Source: Camelus ferus
Lineage: Eukaryota
Assembly (NCBI RefSeq): GCF_009834535.1
Contig: NC_045696.1
Span: forward strand, 33,296,001 to 33,360,000
DNA: 64,000 nt
Direction of reading: 5' to 3'
Part shown: in pieces, positions 25,041 to 37,462 of the stretch
Position numbering within the stretch: position 1 is the stretch's first letter
Layout: each line of letters starts with the position of its first letter
Position numbers and translations under genes: made by a program
The notes under the pieces: generated by a model
Seen by the model: the letters and a program-made list of their open reading frames with translations, nothing else
The model's database searches: none
What the model was told of the DNA's origin: nothing

Positions 25041-25867
25041 TGTTAGATCATTGATTATCACATTTGATCATAATTCATACAAATTACATTATTTAAACAA
25101 ATTTGGTTTCAAAAAAGAAGCCCCTAAAGTACAAAAATTCTTTGCATTTTAAAGGCAGGGGGAGGCATTTCATCTGTAGAATTTACTGAACAAGACAGAA
25201 AAATGTAAGCATTCTGTTGATTATGTAAAACAAGAAACACTATTTTATGGTCAGAATGCTTTCATAATCAGAAATCTTATGGATATGTATCAGTGACTGA
25301 TGGTTGTACGTATTGTAACACAGACAAATATAAGTCATCTGAATGCAGTGGTAACCTGATTACATTCAGATCCCATTCAAAGTTGTTTATTTTAAAACTC
25401 AGTAACTAAATACAGTAAATAAATGCATGAGTAACTGTCATGTCACTTAAAAATCAGCAACATAAAATTATTAAAATGTAATTATCTATAATTTATAAAT
25501 TAAAGTCACATATTAACACTATACTCATTGTATACTCATATATATGAGTAGGAAGAAATTGAAAAAAACAAAAACAAAACAGAACATTTGAATCAAATCT
25601 TACAACAGCAAAAAGGCAGCAACTTTGGAAGAAGGCAAACTTGCCTAATACTATATGACTTGCCCTTAAGCCTTGCCAACCCTAGACTGTGCACTAGAAT
25701 TCCCTTGGGGCCTGCTTTCTCCTTCACCGTAGTTGTAATACAGTATGTTAGCAGAAGGCCAAGATCATGAACAAAAAGGAATATGTGAACCTACCCTCAC
25801 CTCAATACTCTAAAAACCGTAAGACAAACAGTTTTCCATTCTCTTTCTGAAGATTCCATTTCCACCA

Positions 25868-25990
25868 ACCATGTGATTCGGTGTCAGCTCCTTAGCCTCC
25901 CTGTTTCAGTCTATGAAATAGAGAAGATTACAGTCCCAACTCACGACATTGTTGTATTAAGTGAGAGAATACAAGCAAGGTGTTTATCAA
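25868..25990 (+). mobile_element. MIR fragment
   Basis: TCCTTAGCCTCCCTGTTTCAGTCTATGAAATAGAGAAGATTACAG...GTTGTATTAAGTGAGA. Confidence 0.55.
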
Positions 25991-26107
25991 TTCTCTTTCC
26001 CTCAAGTTGAACAAAGGAACTAGCAAGTGGGATTAAATCAGCTTTAGTTGTATAAGTGTCAGCAGTACAAAGCATCTTCTTCCTGTTCCATCCAAATATT
26101 CAATACA

Positions 26108-26965
26108 TATATTAATTTCTTATTTCTCGTAAAACAAATTTAGTGGCCTAAAACAATACAAAGTTATTGTCTTACAGTTTTGGAGGTCAGAAGTTCAAAA
26201 ATCAAAGTGTCAGTGGGATTCTTTCTTCCATTCCCTCCTGTAGGTTCTAGGGGAGAATCAGTTTCTTTGCCTTTTTCCATCTTCTACAGCCTGTCTGCTT
26301 TGCATGGCTCATGACCCCTCCTCTGCCTTCAAAGCACACCACTCCAAACTCTGCTTCTGCTGTCACACCTCTTCTCTGATTTTGACCCTTTTGCCTCCCT
26401 CTTATAAGAACACTTGTGATTATACTGGGTTTGCCAAATGATGCAGGGTAATCTTACTATCTCAAGATTCTAACTTAATTATATCTACAAAGCCCCATTT
26501 GCTATGTAAGGTTACTGTGATGGCTAATTGTACGTATCAACGTGACTGGGCCACTGGGTGCCCAAATATATGGTCAAACTGAAACATCCGCTTCTCCTGG
26601 TTCTTGAGCCATCCAGCCTTTGAACTGGAACCCAGGACTATACCATTAGACCATTAGTACTTTTGGTTCTCAGGCCTTCAGCTCCCACTGGAACTAAACA
26701 ATTGGCTCCTCTGGTTTCCAGCTTGCCAACTCACTCTGCCGATCTTGTAACTTGTTAGCCTCCTCTGTAATTGCATGAGCCTGTTCCTTACAAAGAATGA
26801 AAGAGTCTCTTTCTCTCTTTACACACACACACACACCCACAAACACACACACCCCCTATTGGTTCTGTTTCTCTGGAGAACCCTAACTAGTAAAGTAACA
26901 GTCAGAGATCCCAGGGATTACCAAATAGACATCTTTGGAGGGGAGCACAATATTCTCTCTACTGT
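26108..26965 (-). mobile_element. MaLR LTR (MLT1C/D-like) split by an MLT2 insertion
   Basis: TCTTACAGTTTTGGAGGTCAGAAGTTC...GGTTCTAGGGGAGAATC...GCTATGTAAG, resuming GTAACA...GACATCTTTGGAGGG. Confidence 0.85.
26516..26894 (+). mobile_element. ERVL LTR (MLT2-like), internally deleted
   Basis: TGTGATGGCTAATTGTACGTATCAACGTGACTGGGCC...TTGGTTCTGTTTCTCTGGAGAACCCTAACT; 5-bp TSD GTTAC/GTAAC. Confidence 0.9.
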
Positions 26966-27199
26966 AACACTTTTCTTATTGTAAGACAAGATTAATTACC
27001 TCTCATCCTCTAGTATTTTCACCATGAATCTCTAGGGTCCTGCCACAATAGCCGTTTAACTCTGCCTCAACCTCAACAGATCAACCACTAACCTTCTGCA
27101 TATCTTGGCACTCTTGCACTCCGCAGCGAGTGAGTGGACCACTTCTATTACATTTCTTGGATCATGATTCTCTTTATCATTGTTTATCTTTCTCTCTCC

Positions 27200-27830
27200 T
27201 TCATTTCTACCTCCAGTGAACCAATGAATCTTGCCTGGTCTATTTAATGTTCTTTATCCCCTTGTCTCTACTCTTGTCATCATCTTAGGTCCAGCTTCCA
27301 ACCCCTGTTATTAGGTTACTGTAACAGCCCTTGATGGGGTTGGTTTCTTTAATGATTTTTCCCTCTCCATTCTAGTGTTCTCTGAATAGTTGTAGTGATT
27401 GTTCAACAGTGCAAATGTGATCCTATAATCTTTCTGTGGTTCCCTATGCTTCAATAATACATTTGAGATCTCTGGCTTGATGCACAAGATTCTTCAGAAT
27501 CAGTTTCCAGGTGGCTTTTGAGAGGTCATTCTCTTGTCACTGTCCCTCATCCATAACCCATGTGTTCCCCATTCCATCCACACGGAACTGCTTACAGTTC
27601 TTTCAGCATGCCATGTCCTCCCCCATGTACGGGCTTTTCTATAGGCTACTCAATTTCCCTGTCACATCCTTCCTGTACTGCGCCTTGATGTGGCTGACAG
27701 GGACTTAATTTAGACACTTCCTTTTGGGAGAACCCACTCCAGGCTTTTCTAGGCTTTACTAGTTGTCTCCCCTTTGTGCTCCTTTAGGTACCAACACATA
27801 AGCATATTGTAATATTACCTTTGCTTGGGA
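27200..27830 (+). mobile_element. L2 fragment
   Basis: TTACTGTAACAGCC, CAAATGTGATC, GGAACTGCTTACAGTTC motifs. Confidence 0.5.
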
Positions 27831-28203
27831 AAACTTCTCATTAGGTAACACAAAACCTGACACACACTAACAAATGATGAGAAAATCTACTATTTCACAT
27901 TAAAGCCCCACAAAGTATGCTATTATCAAGGCTCTGGTTTCCTCTTAGCATAAGAATGGGTTTTTGAATGCTTCCTTGTGTTGGATTTATTCTCTCTTTG
28001 ACTGTCCAAGGAAACCAAGGTAATTGCAAGAAATAACGGAGTAAAATGTCTCCTCACTTAAATCTAAAGGATGAAAGAGAAAGCTTTTCCTCCATTTTTC
28101 TGATTAGACCAACAGGACGAATGGCAGTTGCTAGAAGAAAACTTTATCTCATGCCAGAATTCCTAAATGAGGAACGGATAGGGTTACTAACCTCAATTTA
28201 GAC

Positions 28204-28397
28204 AAGGGTTTCTCAATGGTGGCAGTATTGATATTTGGGACTAGATAATTCTATGCTCTGTGCATTGTAGGGTATTAGCAACTTCCTTAGATTCTGCACA
28301 GTAGATGCCATCTCCGAAGTTGTAACCACAAACACTATTTTCAGACGCTGCTGAATGTCTCTTGGAGAGCAAATCCACTCTCAGTTGAGGACCACTG
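28204..28397 (+). mobile_element. hAT-Charlie MER20 DNA transposon
   Basis: Decayed TIRs (..GGTTTCTCAA / TTGAGGACCACTG), internal CTGTGCATTGTAGG; 8-bp TSD ATTTAGAC/GCTTAGAC. Confidence 0.85.
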
Positions 28398-30619
28398 GCT
28401 TAGACTAATCAAGACGTACTCTGGATCTGTGACCTCACAGAGGATTTATGGACAATTTAAGAAAATTCTATTTGGAAGGGGAAAGGAAGAATGGATGTTG
28501 GGTAAGTAACCTACAGTATCCAGCAGCTGTATTGCAATTATTTAGCTGTCTTTGTTCCTTACTAGAAAGGACATTTCTAGAGGTTTTGTTTTGTTTCTTA
28601 CTTTTCTTATCCCTACTGCCTCGCATGTACTGTGCTCTTAATCCATTTTTATTAAATTGATATATGAATTATGCATTACGGAAGGGATTTCTTTAGTGCT
28701 TTTTCACCTCTACTCAACAAGCATTACAACATTGATTCTATGAGTATCTATGCTTTCAATGGTGAAAATGCTTTTAGGTTGATGACCAAAGGCATTGAAA
28801 ACACATTTTCCAGCTATGGAGATGAAGGCAGAGTAATGAAGTGGAAGTGAGGGGTGAAGGAGAGGTGAAGTTACTATTTTTAAGCATGGAACACTTGTTG
28901 TCTAAGTGAAGAAAGGGTGGGCAAGTACCATGATGGAAGCATAAATAAGAGAAGGCACCTGTCCAGACCAGTCACTTGCTGGTTGCTCTGAATTAGGAAG
29001 CAAAAGTTGAAATTGTGGCTTGTGACAAAATATGCCACTACTGATTTTTCCTATGAACCAGCCATTCCTAAATCATTTGTCCTAAGTCAAAGCTTGCCTG
29101 CATTAGGGCATATTGGAATACGTGAGTAGTTTCTTCATTTGAATGTGTGACAACACACATATAGCCATAAAACTATGAATCCACTTTTCACTGGAAATTC
29201 ATATGGATTTTTCTCTTCACTTGCTTAGTCTCTCTAATAATAGGCAATTAGCTTCTCATACTCTCGAGTTGTTAAATTTAATTAAAAACGTTAGTCCATG
29301 ACAAAATAAATTATAATTGTAAAAATATTTACTTTTATGCTATATATGTTAGCTTTGTGAACATTTGAAGAAAAACTGAAGTGCATTATCATTTCAAAGA
29401 AGAATTTCATGGAAACCAATGAAATGTTAAGACTATAAATTATATTTGAATTTATTTTAATATTTGAATTTCATAAAATTTCACAAAATGCTGTGATTTC
29501 AGTATTATTGGCCAAGCTTTCCTCTTGAAACCTGAAGACACACTGGTTTTCCTTCTGTGCATCTCTCTGGATCATTGTTTAGGTGCCAAGCAATTTGTCA
29601 CAGCCTGAGTTTTCGCTTTCATTTAATAACTGAAACCTAAATGTTACAATCAAAACCCACTGGTCTGTTGCGCAGTGATCCATGTGAGAACAGTGAACTT
29701 ATGTCTCCATAAATTTGTTAGTCATCTATGAGGAAAAGCAATGTTGACCTCGTAATGTCAAATCCCATTTAGAATTGGCGAATAGGTTGGACGAGGTGCT
29801 TGATGTCTTTTGAGTTGTATTAAGAAATACTCTTCTGTGTAGGAGGATGAAAGCCCTGGTAAATTAATGTGGAGATTGTAGTCTATCCAAATAATTTATA
29901 GTTGAATCCTATCTTCCAGAAGAAAAGAATGCAGTTAATAAAGGTTCTGACTTGAGTAAACCATTTCGGGCAACACATGCTTCTGAGTAAGTACTTGAAG
30001 TACTAAGTCTGACCTTCCACCTTCACAGTTTTCTACTTGTGACTGTTTCTAAAAACTGATTAGTAAGAAACTGTTTGTGGCTTCTGTCAGAAGCAGGAAT
30101 CTCAAGCTCACTGGAAGAGCAAAACTGGATTTTGAAATTATTTTGTGTCTAGGTTGAAGACATCTGATACATAGCATTCTCTGGTCACCTTTTAGTATGG
30201 TTTAGATTTATTATATACAAGCTATATTTATCAAATTGAAAGCAGAATTTTTACATAAAACTAATTTTTATGCATTTTCATATTCTAAGGTCATCAAAGA
30301 ATAAAATCAGATTTGGCTTGAATATATTAACTAATTGCCAGGTTTGCATCATGGCACATGTCAGCACATGATCTCTGCCACGGGAAAGAGGGTATTCCCC
30401 ACAAACCGCACCTGCCACATGTGTCAGAGTAGGAATTTCAAGAGAGCAACATCACTTGACGATGACTTCATGGCATAAATCTGTGCAGCAGCTAATTAGA
30501 AAGGCAACAGTATGATGTATAAATATGGTTTGATTGGCTTTCTGTATTGAAAACCTGAATTGAAAATGTCTGCTTCCATTGCCCTAAGGCTCTCATAATT
30601 TTTCTCTTAGATAATTGCA

Positions 30620-31497
30620 ATAAACTGTCTCCCATTTTTTTCTCTCCAACCATCCTTAAGGCTTACAATAATTGACCCTGTGATTTGTAAATCTAATTAT
30701 ATTACTCCTTGTTTAAAATCTTTCTGAGATTTGATAATGGCTTCACTGGCTCTGGATAACATTCAAAGTGCTTATCATGACAAATAAGACCCTTCCTCTA
30801 CTATAAATAAAATAGATAAACAACAAAGTCCTACAGTGGAGCACAGGAAACTATATTCAATATGCTGTAGTAACTTATGGTAAAAAAGAATATGAAAACA
30901 TATGTATGTTCATGTATAACTGAAGCATTATGCAGTACACCAGAAATTGAAACAACATTGTAAACTGACTATACTTCAATAAAAATATAAACACAATTAA
31001 AAAAAGAAAAGATATGAAAAGGATATATGTATATGCATAAATGAATCACTATGCTGTACACCAGAAATTAACACAACATTGTAAATCAACTATACTTCAA
31101 TTAAAAAAAATTACATGGAAAGTAAAAAAAGACCCTTCCTGATCTAAACTCTTGTCTCTATTCCCGTCTCATCATCTGTCATCAGCGGGCAAACTGAACT
31201 GCTTTCCATTCCCCAAGTTTATCCTGCTCCTTTGTGCCTCTGCCTTTGCCCCCACTCTTCCACCGGGCTAGATGGTACTCCCTTCACTCTCACCCTTCTC
31301 CAACAGTCACATCAAGGGTCCTTCCAAACATCCTCTGTGAGCTTCGTAGATCTACACTGTATACATACATTTATTTTGATATAAGGTATTGTGAAGATTG
31401 ATTCTTTCTGGTCTGTCCAGCCCATTAGGCAGTGAGCCCCTTGAGGCCTTGGCCATGCAAGATAAATGCTGGATAAATGTTGGCTAAGTGAAGGAAA
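30620..31497 (+). mobile_element. L2 3' portion, interrupted by an L1 insertion
   Basis: TACTCCTTGTTTAAAATCTTT...AAGACCCTTCCTGATCT...AAATGTTGGCTAAGTGAA terminus. Confidence 0.65.
30798..31128 (+). mobile_element. 5'-truncated L1 with doubled 3' terminus
   Basis: Two consecutive GC(A/T)GTACACCAGAAATT...ACTATACTTCAAT termini; perfect 12-bp TSD AAGACCCTTCCT (30786-30797 and 31129-31140). Confidence 0.92.
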
Positions 31498-32863
31498 GGA
31501 CACACTGTGAGATGATGATTATGTGCGCTTCACACGTGCCTTTTTTTCCTTGTCTGCTCTTTCTCCAGTGGGTAAGAAACCTGAACCATATTGCCTTAAG
31601 GACATTTAAAATTATTACAGCAAAAATGCTTATTTTGATGTCTAACTGCAACATAGACTCTTAAGAATAAAAGAAATGTTTTGAAGACAGCCTGACAGAG
31701 TTTACATAAAACAATAGACTGCAAAGTGATTAGAGGAGGAGATAAACTACATTTTAGCCAGCCCCTGGGATAACCAGATGGAAGTAAGGGGAGGTCGGGG
31801 CTTGGAAAGAGCACAGCAGGGGAGATGGGGTGTGAGCTTTGAGGAGTTTAGAGCTAGGACAGATCAATGTTGCTGGGGCGGGGGGCACTGGGGAGATACG
31901 AGGCAGCGGTAAGGGATTAGATTAGCAAATGGCACATTTTTGCTTTTCTCATTGCCCTCATTCTGTCCTCTCTGGGTCTATCTCAGCTCCCCAGTTTCAG
32001 CCCCTTAAAACGGAAAGTATTGGTAGTATGGGCAGGAATGGTCCTTGCATCTCCCCCTGGGAGAGATACGAAATAGAAAAGTGCATTGCTTTATGCTAAA
32101 ATGCAACACCAGGGAAACATAAATGAATGCCTCAACATGTGAGGCTGGTAATGTCCGATTTCTGTTCCATTATCTAAGAAAAAATCTCAGAAAGAGTTTG
32201 AGGGAGACATTTTGTCTTATTGGGTGTTACTTGATTTCTTCCTAATTTAAGACTTGGACATTATAATCATTACCGAAGGATTTTAAATGTTTGCAAATTA
32301 AGCATGAAGGCCACTGAAAAGGGTGGGCACAGTTCCTTTCACTGCTTGGGAAAATAGGCTCAATAAATGTGGTAACAAGGTGAACATTGGAGCAAATGCA
32401 TTTATATCCTGTTTATCTCAAGCACAGAGCCAATCTGGAACTCTAATGCCTTGAGAAGATGATAAATGTTTTCTGCCAGTCTTTCCAACTGAACAAACTC
32501 TGTTTGATTGGTATTAATCACTTCTGGCAGGCAATGCTCAAGCCTGCTAGCTGCAATCTAGGTGAAAAGCTTGTCATCAGTATCGCGTAATGAAATGAAA
32601 GAGTGTGGGACAAAGAGAGGAATACTTCCACTCACCTAGTCATCAGAGTAAGTGTCAAATTAAACAAGATATTAACTATTTATTTTCAAATGTACAGTTT
32701 AAATGCAAGCCTTTAATAAAGTTATGTTTTTCTTTTTATTTAGAAAGAATAAATTGACCCAAATAATAATCTATGACTTGTTTATGGTAGAAGGACATCC
32801 CTCATTTTCCCAAATTCTCTATGGCTTCAGAAAATTTTCCTAATACTAAATTTCCTGATAAGC

Positions 32864-32960
32864 AATATATATATAATATAGTATATAATATATTTGTATT
32901 ATATGTATCAGGTGTGTATATATAATATATATAATATATATGTATATATATAATTTATGT
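32864..32960. repeat. TA-rich low-complexity tract
   Basis: Degenerate (TATATAA)n. Confidence 0.85.
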
Positions 32961-33020
32961 ACAAAGAACACGTGGACAAAGAAGCCCTACCAAGGGCAGG
33001 CGTAATCTGGAAGATAGTGT

Positions 33021-33375
33021 TGCTATGAATTGGACATTGAGTACTCGTGAACTTCGTATGGTGAAATCTGTTCCCCATTGTGATACTATTAGGAAGTGAG
33101 GACTTTGAGAGGTGATTCAGTCATAAAGCCTGAGCTCTCATAGATGAAAGCAGTGTCCTTCTAAAGGAAGCCCCAGTGAGCTCCCTTTCTGCCACTTGGC
33201 GGTTATAGCAAGAAAACTACTTTAGACAAAATAGGAAGTGGATTTTCCTCAAACTCTAAATATTTTGGTGCTTTGATCTTGGACTTCCCAGCCTCAAGAA
33301 CTGTGGGAAATAAATTTCTGTTTTATAAGCCAACCCATCTATGGTACTTTGTCCTAGCATCTCAAACAGACCAAT
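33021..33375 (+). mobile_element. MaLR LTR (MLT1A-like)
   Basis: TGCTATGAATTG...TTGATCTTGGACTTCCCAGCCTCAAGAACTGTGGGAAATAAATTTCTG. Confidence 0.85.
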
Positions 33376-35839
33376 TAGACTTTGAGACTGTAAAGGAAGA
33401 TTTAACAGTCTAAAAACAAAATCTATCCTAGTTCAAAAATGCCCCCTTATCATAATTTGAATTTTTTCATTTTGCTGTGTCATATTCCCTGCAGACTCAC
33501 CATTTTAAAAATTATCCACTGAAAATCCCCAATCTTTGGGGGCAGTGGGTGGAGATCTCACCCATTCACTACTTAGAGTGATTCAATCTGACTGTCATCT
33601 TCCTAATAAGTTGATAACAATAGCTAAATTGGCAGAATTCATTTGCTTCCTGGAGCAAAACTCAGGCTGAAATTCTCACACTTTAGTTGATAAATCAACT
33701 TCCCTTCCCCTCACTCTGTGAAAGAACTCATATACCTTATTCCTTGAGTTAATGATCACTTTAAATTATGTGCTAAAGGCAACTTAAATATACCCATTAA
33801 AATCAGTATTTTAAGGGCGAGATGGAACAAATCCTAAAATAAAAGTGGTAAATTGATGTTCAATGGACAACTCCATTATTTCAATGATTAATCTATTGTA
33901 TTAATTCTTGAACTGCCCCTTGAAGCTGTCACTTATATTTTGCAGGTTAACTCAAGGCAACTGTTTTGAAGTCAATGAGGAACCTAGCTAAGGTGAGCCA
34001 TCTACGGGAAAAAAAAAAAAAAAAAACAATTTTGAAGATAGTGTAGTGAACTTGGCAGTTAAATTCAACTTACTCTCTAAAAATAACACTGGGGTTATCC
34101 TTATAGTACTTACTGATTTTTAAAAACTGAGTGTATGAAACTTTGAGAGTTAAGTAAAAAGAAACACTAAAAAGAAATCTAAGAAACTAGACTTCACTTC
34201 TGGTGGAAAAAATAGCATTTGGTTTTCTGAGCCTTCTACTTCTGTTTTTGTCTTGCCGAGTGCATTTCAATATGTCTACATCTGTTTTATTTTTTATAAT
34301 TTAAAATTCTGTTTCCTGTTTGTTTTAGACTGAAATTTTAAAAATGACCTCACTGCTTTCCAACAGCTGCTTCAAACATCTCAGGTTATGAAATACATGA
34401 TTAGCATTTGATTATTTAATCAAATTAAATTTAATATACTCAATGTACTATTTCCATTTAACACCATGAGACATTTATCATTTAATATTAAGATGAAAGC
34501 ATTTTTTAAGATACTTTAAAAAATATATCAACTATTCAGTCTTGTGAGTTTCTTCTCTCATCATCTTGGACAGACACTTCTTTCAATGTCTAACATCACC
34601 ATCATGTTAGGGTATCTTTGTCCCAGGACTGAAGTATTGTTGGCCCGTTTTTAACCTGTAAAACTGATAGAAGTGATTCCCAAGCACTGAACTTTCAAGT
34701 TTTTCAGGGGCCAGTTCTTACACTTGAATTGTATTATAATGTAAAATAATTTACTTGGCAGAGTGTTTTTTAAATTCAATTGTTTGTAATCAAGGACCAG
34801 ATCTGGGTTGATTTACACAAGTAATTTTGAGGATTATGGGAAATTTCTGGCAGGTAACAGAGACTTTGCTTTATGAAGAACTTTACAGTGCTGTGCAGTC
34901 AGCCTGCTGTCCGGGAAGATGGGCACATTATCACCACGGGGCAGGGTCCCAGCCTAAGGAGGGGGCTGAGACTGTGGAGGAGAGAGATTATTACATCACT
35001 TTAGCACATCCAAAAAGCACTGCAGTGGGAAATACAGCAACAAGAATGAAAATTCCCTGGGACATTTTCTGAACACTTGAACCAAGTTCCACTGAAGAGT
35101 GAGAATTATTTTTTTTTCTTTTAAGTACAGCTTCTGAGATTGAAAAAGAGAGATTTAATAAATTTATAAAGTTAAGGAGGTACTTTTGTTATTTTTTAAT
35201 GTTTTATAACTAATACAGAGTAATAATAAGGAACAAGCATTAGGAAATAATAAATAATGATGAAGTATATTACTCTGATAACTGGATGTTGCTGAATGAT
35301 ACATCGGTGTTTTCCTTGTTTTGTTCAAGATTAGACATTCCTGGGTGCAAAAACATTATTCAATTATAAACAAGTATTTAGATTCAGTTTATATATACTA
35401 TACTTAATTCTTACTAAGAAATTATGCTTTATTTGGTTATAATTTTTATTATTTTGTGTTTTCTTTACAAGTTTACAGGAAGAAAACTATGTTTGTGGTT
35501 GCCTTGAGAAAAAAAACCAATACTGATAAACTTATTAACATTTTCTCTCTTTTTGAAGAAGATCCAATGTTCAAAAGTGTTGATGCTAATTTTTAAAAAA
35601 TCATTCGTAACTGCAAGTCTTGACCAGATGATTCTTTAGCTAAATTCTTTATTTGACTCTTCTCTTAAAATGTCCTTTAGGTATTATTTTTTTCAGAGAT
35701 TTTTTTTTTAACCATCTCTTTTATTTGTTTATTTTTTAATTCTCATTTTTTCTTGGAAGTGTAGTCAATTTATGATGTTAGTTTCAGGTGTTTGTATTAG
35801 ATAGCTTTTTATTTGCTTTCATACTATGAATGTTTAATT

Positions 35840-35970
35840 TTATCTTTACATTTATCACATTATAAGCTCTTAGAGGACAGGGGTCTTGTTTTATTTTTCT
35901 GTGTATCCTTTGTGCCATGCAAAATTCCTGGTATATGGTGAATCCCCCACAAATATGCTCTTAATAAAGG
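35840..35970 (+). mobile_element. L2 3' end
   Basis: TTATAAGCTCTTAGAGGACAGGGGTCTTGTTTTATT. Confidence 0.6.
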
Positions 35971-36529
35971 ATTACTGACTCCATCCTCAGTACACTCTAT
36001 GTAGGAAATAAAAGCACACACACATTTGGACACACAACCAAACTCAGCTCATGCATACTTTCAACATCCCAGGTAAGAGAAGAGTCACTAAGGAATCATC
36101 ACTCCTACTTAAGCTACCACTAGACTCCCAGCCTCTAAAGCACACATTATGACCACTGGTCTAATAGTCTGACCTAAAATTTCTCAAACATCTCTGTTGA
36201 CTTCTTGAGGTCAAAAAATTCTTACATACCTTGTTTTTATCTGCAATATCCTTATATGCGCAATATTATAGGTCCACTAATTCATTTTAAAATTTGTTAA
36301 TTCAAGTCAATTATACAACAGTGTACTATTTAGTTAAATAATACTCCACTTTGCTACATAGTTCATGTAGTACAAAAACAGCTTAAATTTGAACAAAACA
36401 ACAACAAAACTTGAAATCACCAATGAGATGAAGTTTTCCATCTCATTCTACCACACTCTTCTCCTTTACTGTATCTTACCAACAACTTCCAATATAAAAA
36501 TTTGACTTCTAAAATGTCTCATTATAGTA

Positions 36530-37065
36530 GAACCTATCATTGTTTTCTGGAACTCCCAACATTTTAAACCACATCTACTATTTTTGGGAAATTTTCTTCT
36601 TTTGAATCCTGCTTTCACCAGGCAAAAGAAAAAGCAGCTTCCCTGATCTTTGTATCTGGGACCTGATCTGTAACAAATAGACTTGCTTGAGGGTCTAATT
36701 CAAAAAGTAAACTAAGGAAGAAGTTTCCATTATAGAATCCCTTGTGTTGGTTAGGGGTGATGCCAGAGGTGCCTGGAAATGATTAGAAGATCAAAATCCT
36801 GGAAAAGTGGCAGTGGCATAAAACTCCAGTTCATGGCAAAATGCTAGCTGCATATTATCACCATCAGTGGATTCAGTGGAAGAGGAATGTTTTCTAATCG
36901 GATCACTTTGGCAACTAGGATTGTAGCACTGCTACTGAAAGCTCAGCTGAGAACTGGGTAACAGTTATCTAGCTTTCTCACTCCATGAACTACCCAATAT
37001 CCTTTGAGTAAACTCCTTTTCTGCTTAATCTGCCAGGCAGCTTTGGTACTTGCAATCTAAATCAC
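36530..37065 (+). mobile_element. ERVL LTR (LTR16-like)
   Basis: 3' end TGAACTACCCAATATCCTTTGAGTAAACTCCTTTTCTGCTTAA...CTTGCAATC. Confidence 0.55.
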
Positions 37066-37417
37066 ATACTAAGAGTTCCCTAATGATAACCCCTCTCTCC
37101 ATCTCTGCTAATGACTAGGTCTTCATCACTCTTATCTCCTGATTAGTCTCCTTTCAATGAGCCTCCTCTTCTCCAATATATTACCTCAGCTAACTTTCTA
37201 AATATGAACTTTATCATGTTTGTTTTCTGATTTGTCATATCTGTGACTATGATAGCATGACATGGTTTACCTATTTTAATCACCTCACCAAAATAATACT
37301 ATTTTTTATTTCCTGTATTTGCTGTGAAAGTTGACTTCAACCAATTAATTGATCTTTTGGTTATAAAGATATATCAGCAATAGATGATCAATGTTGAAAA
37401 GTGAAATAATGGAGGAA

Positions 37418-37462
37418 TACACACACACACACAACACACACACACATACATACACACACACA
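37418..37462. repeat. Imperfect (CA)n microsatellite
   Basis: Direct reading. Confidence 0.9.

Noticed and set aside
25337..25371. Hairpin ATCTGAATG...CATTCAGAT
   Set aside because: A 9-bp stem is too short for a pre-miRNA and plausible by chance in 64 kb of AT-rich DNA
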